This document shows positions 60,601 to 64,000 of a DNA stretch of 64,000 nucleotides, piece by piece. Origin of the DNA: Chiloscyllium plagiosum. Lineage: Eukaryota. A program made the translations under genes and the position numbers. The stretch is from positions 2,676,996 to 2,740,995 of the forward strand of contig NC_057718.1 in the NCBI RefSeq assembly GCF_004010195.1, given 5' to 3'. The notes beneath the pieces are model-generated. The model was not told the origin of the DNA. It made no database searches and saw only the letters and a program-made list of their open reading frames with translations. How positions within the stretch are numbered: the stretch's first letter is position 1; every line of letters begins with the position of its first letter.

Positions 60601-63600
60601 TTCCACGGGCTGTCCAATCACTGTAGATGATAATGCAGACATCTTTAGCTCAGATAAATTAACTGAGCTACAGCAGAAAGGCATACATAGAAAAAGAATC
60701 CGAATCTATCCCTGAACATTATTACTTTAAAGATGGTGTCTTAATGAGGAAATGGAGATCATCTCATATTCAGGCAGATGAGAAATGGGCAGAAGTTCAT
60801 CAAGTTGTATTGCCAGTGGGTTATAGAATGGTAGTGTTGTGAGTGGCACATGAGCTCCCACCAGGGGGTCATTTAGGAGTGAGAAAAACACAAGCTAAAA
60901 TATAAAAGCATTTTTACTGGCCTGGACTGCACATGCAAGTTGAATTTTGCCAAACCTGTCATATATGTCAGGTAATTGGAAAACCACAGGCAAAAATAAA
61001 ACCCATACCTTTAATAATTTTTCCTGCATTTGAGGAACATTTTACAAAAGTCTTAATTAATTGCATACGACAACTACCTAAAACAAAATGTAGGAATCAG
61101 TTAACAATAGATTTACAGAGGCCATTCTATTTTTCAGTATTACAGCAAAAAGGATAGTAGAGGAGTTATTCAAATTTTTCTCAAGATACAGATTACCCAC
61201 AGAGATACAATCAGATTAAGGATCAAACTTCACATCAAACTTATTCAAGGAAGTTATGGACAGTGTAAGACTAAAAAAATTTAAATCTACTACGTCCCAT
61301 CCTGAGTCACAGGGAGTTCTAGAAAGGTTGCATCAGACAACAAAGACCATGTTGAGGACTTATAGTCAAGGCAGATGATTGGGAGAAGGGAATTCTATTT
61401 GTACTTTTTGCAATCAGAGATGCATCAAATAAATCAACCAAATTCAGTCCATTTGAATTAGTTTTTGGGCATGAGGTGAGAGGACCATTAAATTTGATAA
61501 AGGAGAAATTGCTAAGTCATAATTCAGAGACCACACATTTGGACTATGTGTCAATTTTTTGGGAATGACTAATAGAGTGGAGGAGTTGGTTGTATAACAT
61601 TTAAAAGTATCACAAATTACAATGAAACAGGAAACAGACAAGAAATCAAATTTTCACAATTTTGCTGTTGGAGATAAGGTTTTAGTGTAACTTTTCGTGT
61701 TAGGTGAACCTTTAAAAACAATTTTTAATCGACCTTATTAAGTCAAAGGGAATTTGAATGAGCTGATCTATTTGATAAGGACTCCAAACTGAAAGAAATC
61801 TCACAAAGTGTGTCATGCAAATATGCTCAAAAGGTATTTTGACAGGGAAGGAAAGCAAAAGGAGAAGGTGTTAATGATTACAGCACAGAGTGAAGAACCA
61901 AGTTGAGGGACTTCTTAACTGGACATTCCTCAAATTAAGTTGGACAATGAGGAAATTGTCAAAAATTGGGATAAATTATTCAATTACCTTCCAGAGAAAA
62001 ATCAAAATGACCTGAAGAGATATGACTGTCACATGGGGAAATACGTGGAAATAAGCTGGGAAGTATGAACTTAATTATGCATGATGTAGATATAGGAGAT
62101 ACTGTTTCAATTAAGCAACATCCAGGTTGGCATAACTCTCTAAACTTGGCACAGGTTGAAAAAGAGATTGAACGCATGCTCCAAGATGACATAATCGAAG
62201 TGAGTTACAATGATTGGAGCTCACCCATGGTAATGTGCCAAAACTAGATGGTACCCATCGGATTTGTGTGGACTATTGCAAGGTCAATGCACTTACAAAG
62301 ACTGATGCATATCTGATTTCATGCTTGGAAGACCATGTTGAGAAGGTGGGAAAAGCAGTTTATATATCTAAGTTGGACTTGCTCGGAGGAGCTGAAAAAT
62401 GTGTTGCTGGAAAAGCGCAGCAGGTCAGGCAGCAACCAAGAAGCTGGAGAATCGACGTTTCAGGCATAAGCCCTTCTTCAGGAATGAAGGGATTCCTGAA
62501 GAAGGGCTTATGCCCGAAACGTCAATTCTCCTGCTCCTTGGATGCTGCCTGACCTGCTGCACTTTTCCAGCAACACATTTTCAGCTCTGATCTCCATCAT
62601 CTGCCGTCCTCACTTTCTCATTGCTCAGAGGATATTGGCAGGTACTTTTGTCAGAAGGAGCAAAGGCAATTTTGGCTTTCATAATGTCAAATGCACTGTA
62701 TCTGTTTAAAGTCATGCCACTTGGTATGAAAAATGCGCCAGCCACATTTCAGAGACTAACCAATAAGTTCATTGCCCCATTACCCAATTGTGTCAGAGAT
62801 GACCTGGTGATTTTTAGTCACATCTGGAAGAAACATTTGCAACATTTATCAAACTTGATCGATCGACTTCAGTAGGCTGGTTTGGTGAGAAACATGGCTG
62901 TGAGTGAATTTGTCAAAGGCCAAATCACCTTCTGGGCCATGTTATTGGACATGGACAAATAGCCCCACGGAATGCAAAAACAATGGGAATTGGAGAGTTT
63001 CCCACACTATCGACAAAAAGAGCAGTACTACAATTCATGGGATTTAGTAGATTTTATCGAAAATGCGTACAAAAGTTTAGCAGTGTGGCCACTCCACCAA
63101 CTGAATTGCTAAAGAAAGACAAGAAGTTTCAGTGGCCAGCAGACTGTCAGAAGGCATTTGACAGCCTGAAAGCTGTGCTAACCACTGCCCCAGTATTAGC
63201 TTCACCCAATTACCCAAAGCCATTCAAGATGGCTATGGATGAAAGTGATGTGGGTGTCAGTGCTGTGCTTTTGCAGGAAGATTACTCGAAGCTAAAAAAG
63301 ACCTGTTGGGTATTTCTCCAGGAAATTGAGCATTCATCAGCAGAAATATTTAACAGTTGAAAAAGAGACTTTGAGCTTGACGTTGGCTTTACAACATTTC
63401 ATTGTTCGTGTTACCGGAAACATCGAAGACAATTATATACACTGAACATAACCCATTGAAGTTTGTGGAGAAATTTAAGGATAAAAAATCCAGGTTGTTT
63501 AGATGGAGCTTGTTGTTACAGACATTAAGTTTGAAAATTGTGCATATGGCAGGTCAAGAAAATGTGACTGCCAATGCATTGTCGAGACTCGAATGAGAAA

Positions 63601-64000
63601 CTGAGGCATTCAGTGGCAGGAGTAATCAGTCTGAAACAGAATGTAATGGATCACGTTTGTATGATTATTGTTAATGTAATATATTATGTGTGTGTAATGG
63701 AGTACTAACAGTTCAGGACTAAGGGTTTCTAAAGTGAAGCCCTCTTTGGAGACTGATGGTTCACTTTTTTTAAGGAGAGAGGTGTGATACATAGCTTCCC
63801 TGGTTTGGTTTGGTTTTGGCAGGCTGGCTATTCACTGAAAGCAGTCAAGCAATTGTAAAACCTCCTGGACTTAAAGAAACAGGTCTATGCTGATCCTGTC
63901 TCTGACTTTTCTCCTGTAAGACACTGTGTTTCATTTTACATTTTGTGCCAAGAGGTGTTTTTGATGATTGTTTCAAATATTTGGAACAGCATCATTAAGT
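57613..64000 (+). mobile_element. Gmr1-like Ty3/Gypsy element (paralogue of 21180-31110)
   Basis: 5' LTR ~57613-58272, degenerate Pro-type PBS tgggggctc at ~58276, gag (CFHCNKVGHMKSQC), protease LKDTGSSQS, IN 60630-61900, RT 62050-62875, RNase H to 63596, PPT aaggagagagg, 3' LTR from 63783. Confidence 0.88.
62391..62620. mobile_element. Penelope-derived palindromic insertion with two opposed hammerhead cores
   Basis: TSD ttgctc(g/a)gagga at 62379-62390 and 62621-62632. Plus-strand core CTGAAGAAGGGCTTATGCCCGAAACGTC at 62496-62523; minus-strand core at 62454-62481. Confidence 0.8.

Larger units (their letters stand above)
47488..64000. repeat. Right arm of a large inverted segmental duplication (mirrors ~21400-36000 and ~41400-46987)
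   Basis: Colinear reverse-complement matches: 63790-64000/21420-21630, 54030-57600/31120-34530, 52540-53690/34880-36010, 47600-52530/41400-46987. Confidence 0.9.

Noticed and set aside
1-64000. Prokaryotic systems (CRISPR arrays, operons, defence islands)
   Set aside because: The sequence is vertebrate intron- and TE-rich DNA; no regularly spaced repeat-spacer array or dense ORF clusters were seen.

Overview
Eukaryotic, repeat-rich DNA from a cartilaginous fish (HE1-type V-SINEs, a DeuSINE-like element and shark-type CR1 tails point to an elasmobranch). It has three N gaps: 24823-25345, 46988-47487 and 50585-50670. The main host feature, mostly invisible in the ORF track, is a spliced minus-strand gene. 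It has four single-exon, germline-joined V-J-type Ig domains (34875-34531, 20234-19890, 18074-17730, 14283-13936), a stalk/transmembrane exon (13379-13229) and three cytoplasmic exons (10243-10200, 8304-8261, 7234-7112). All seven introns are GT-AG and phase-compatible, giving one open frame of about 581 aa without leader, with three tyrosine motifs (IVYTTV, CHYAEV, SEYAVI). This reads as a non-rearranging, antigen-receptor-like inhibitory receptor. A large inverted paralogous segment (~47.5-64 kb mirrors ~21.4-47 kb) carries a pseudogenised copy of the first V exon (53692-54029). The rest is nested mobile DNA: three decayed Gmr1-like Ty3/Gypsy elements (integrase upstream of RT), a near-full-length CR1 LINE with an esterase ORF1, many CR1 fragments, SINEs, solo LTRs, a Tigger-like MITE, and Penelope-derived palindromes carrying hammerhead-ribozyme cores.
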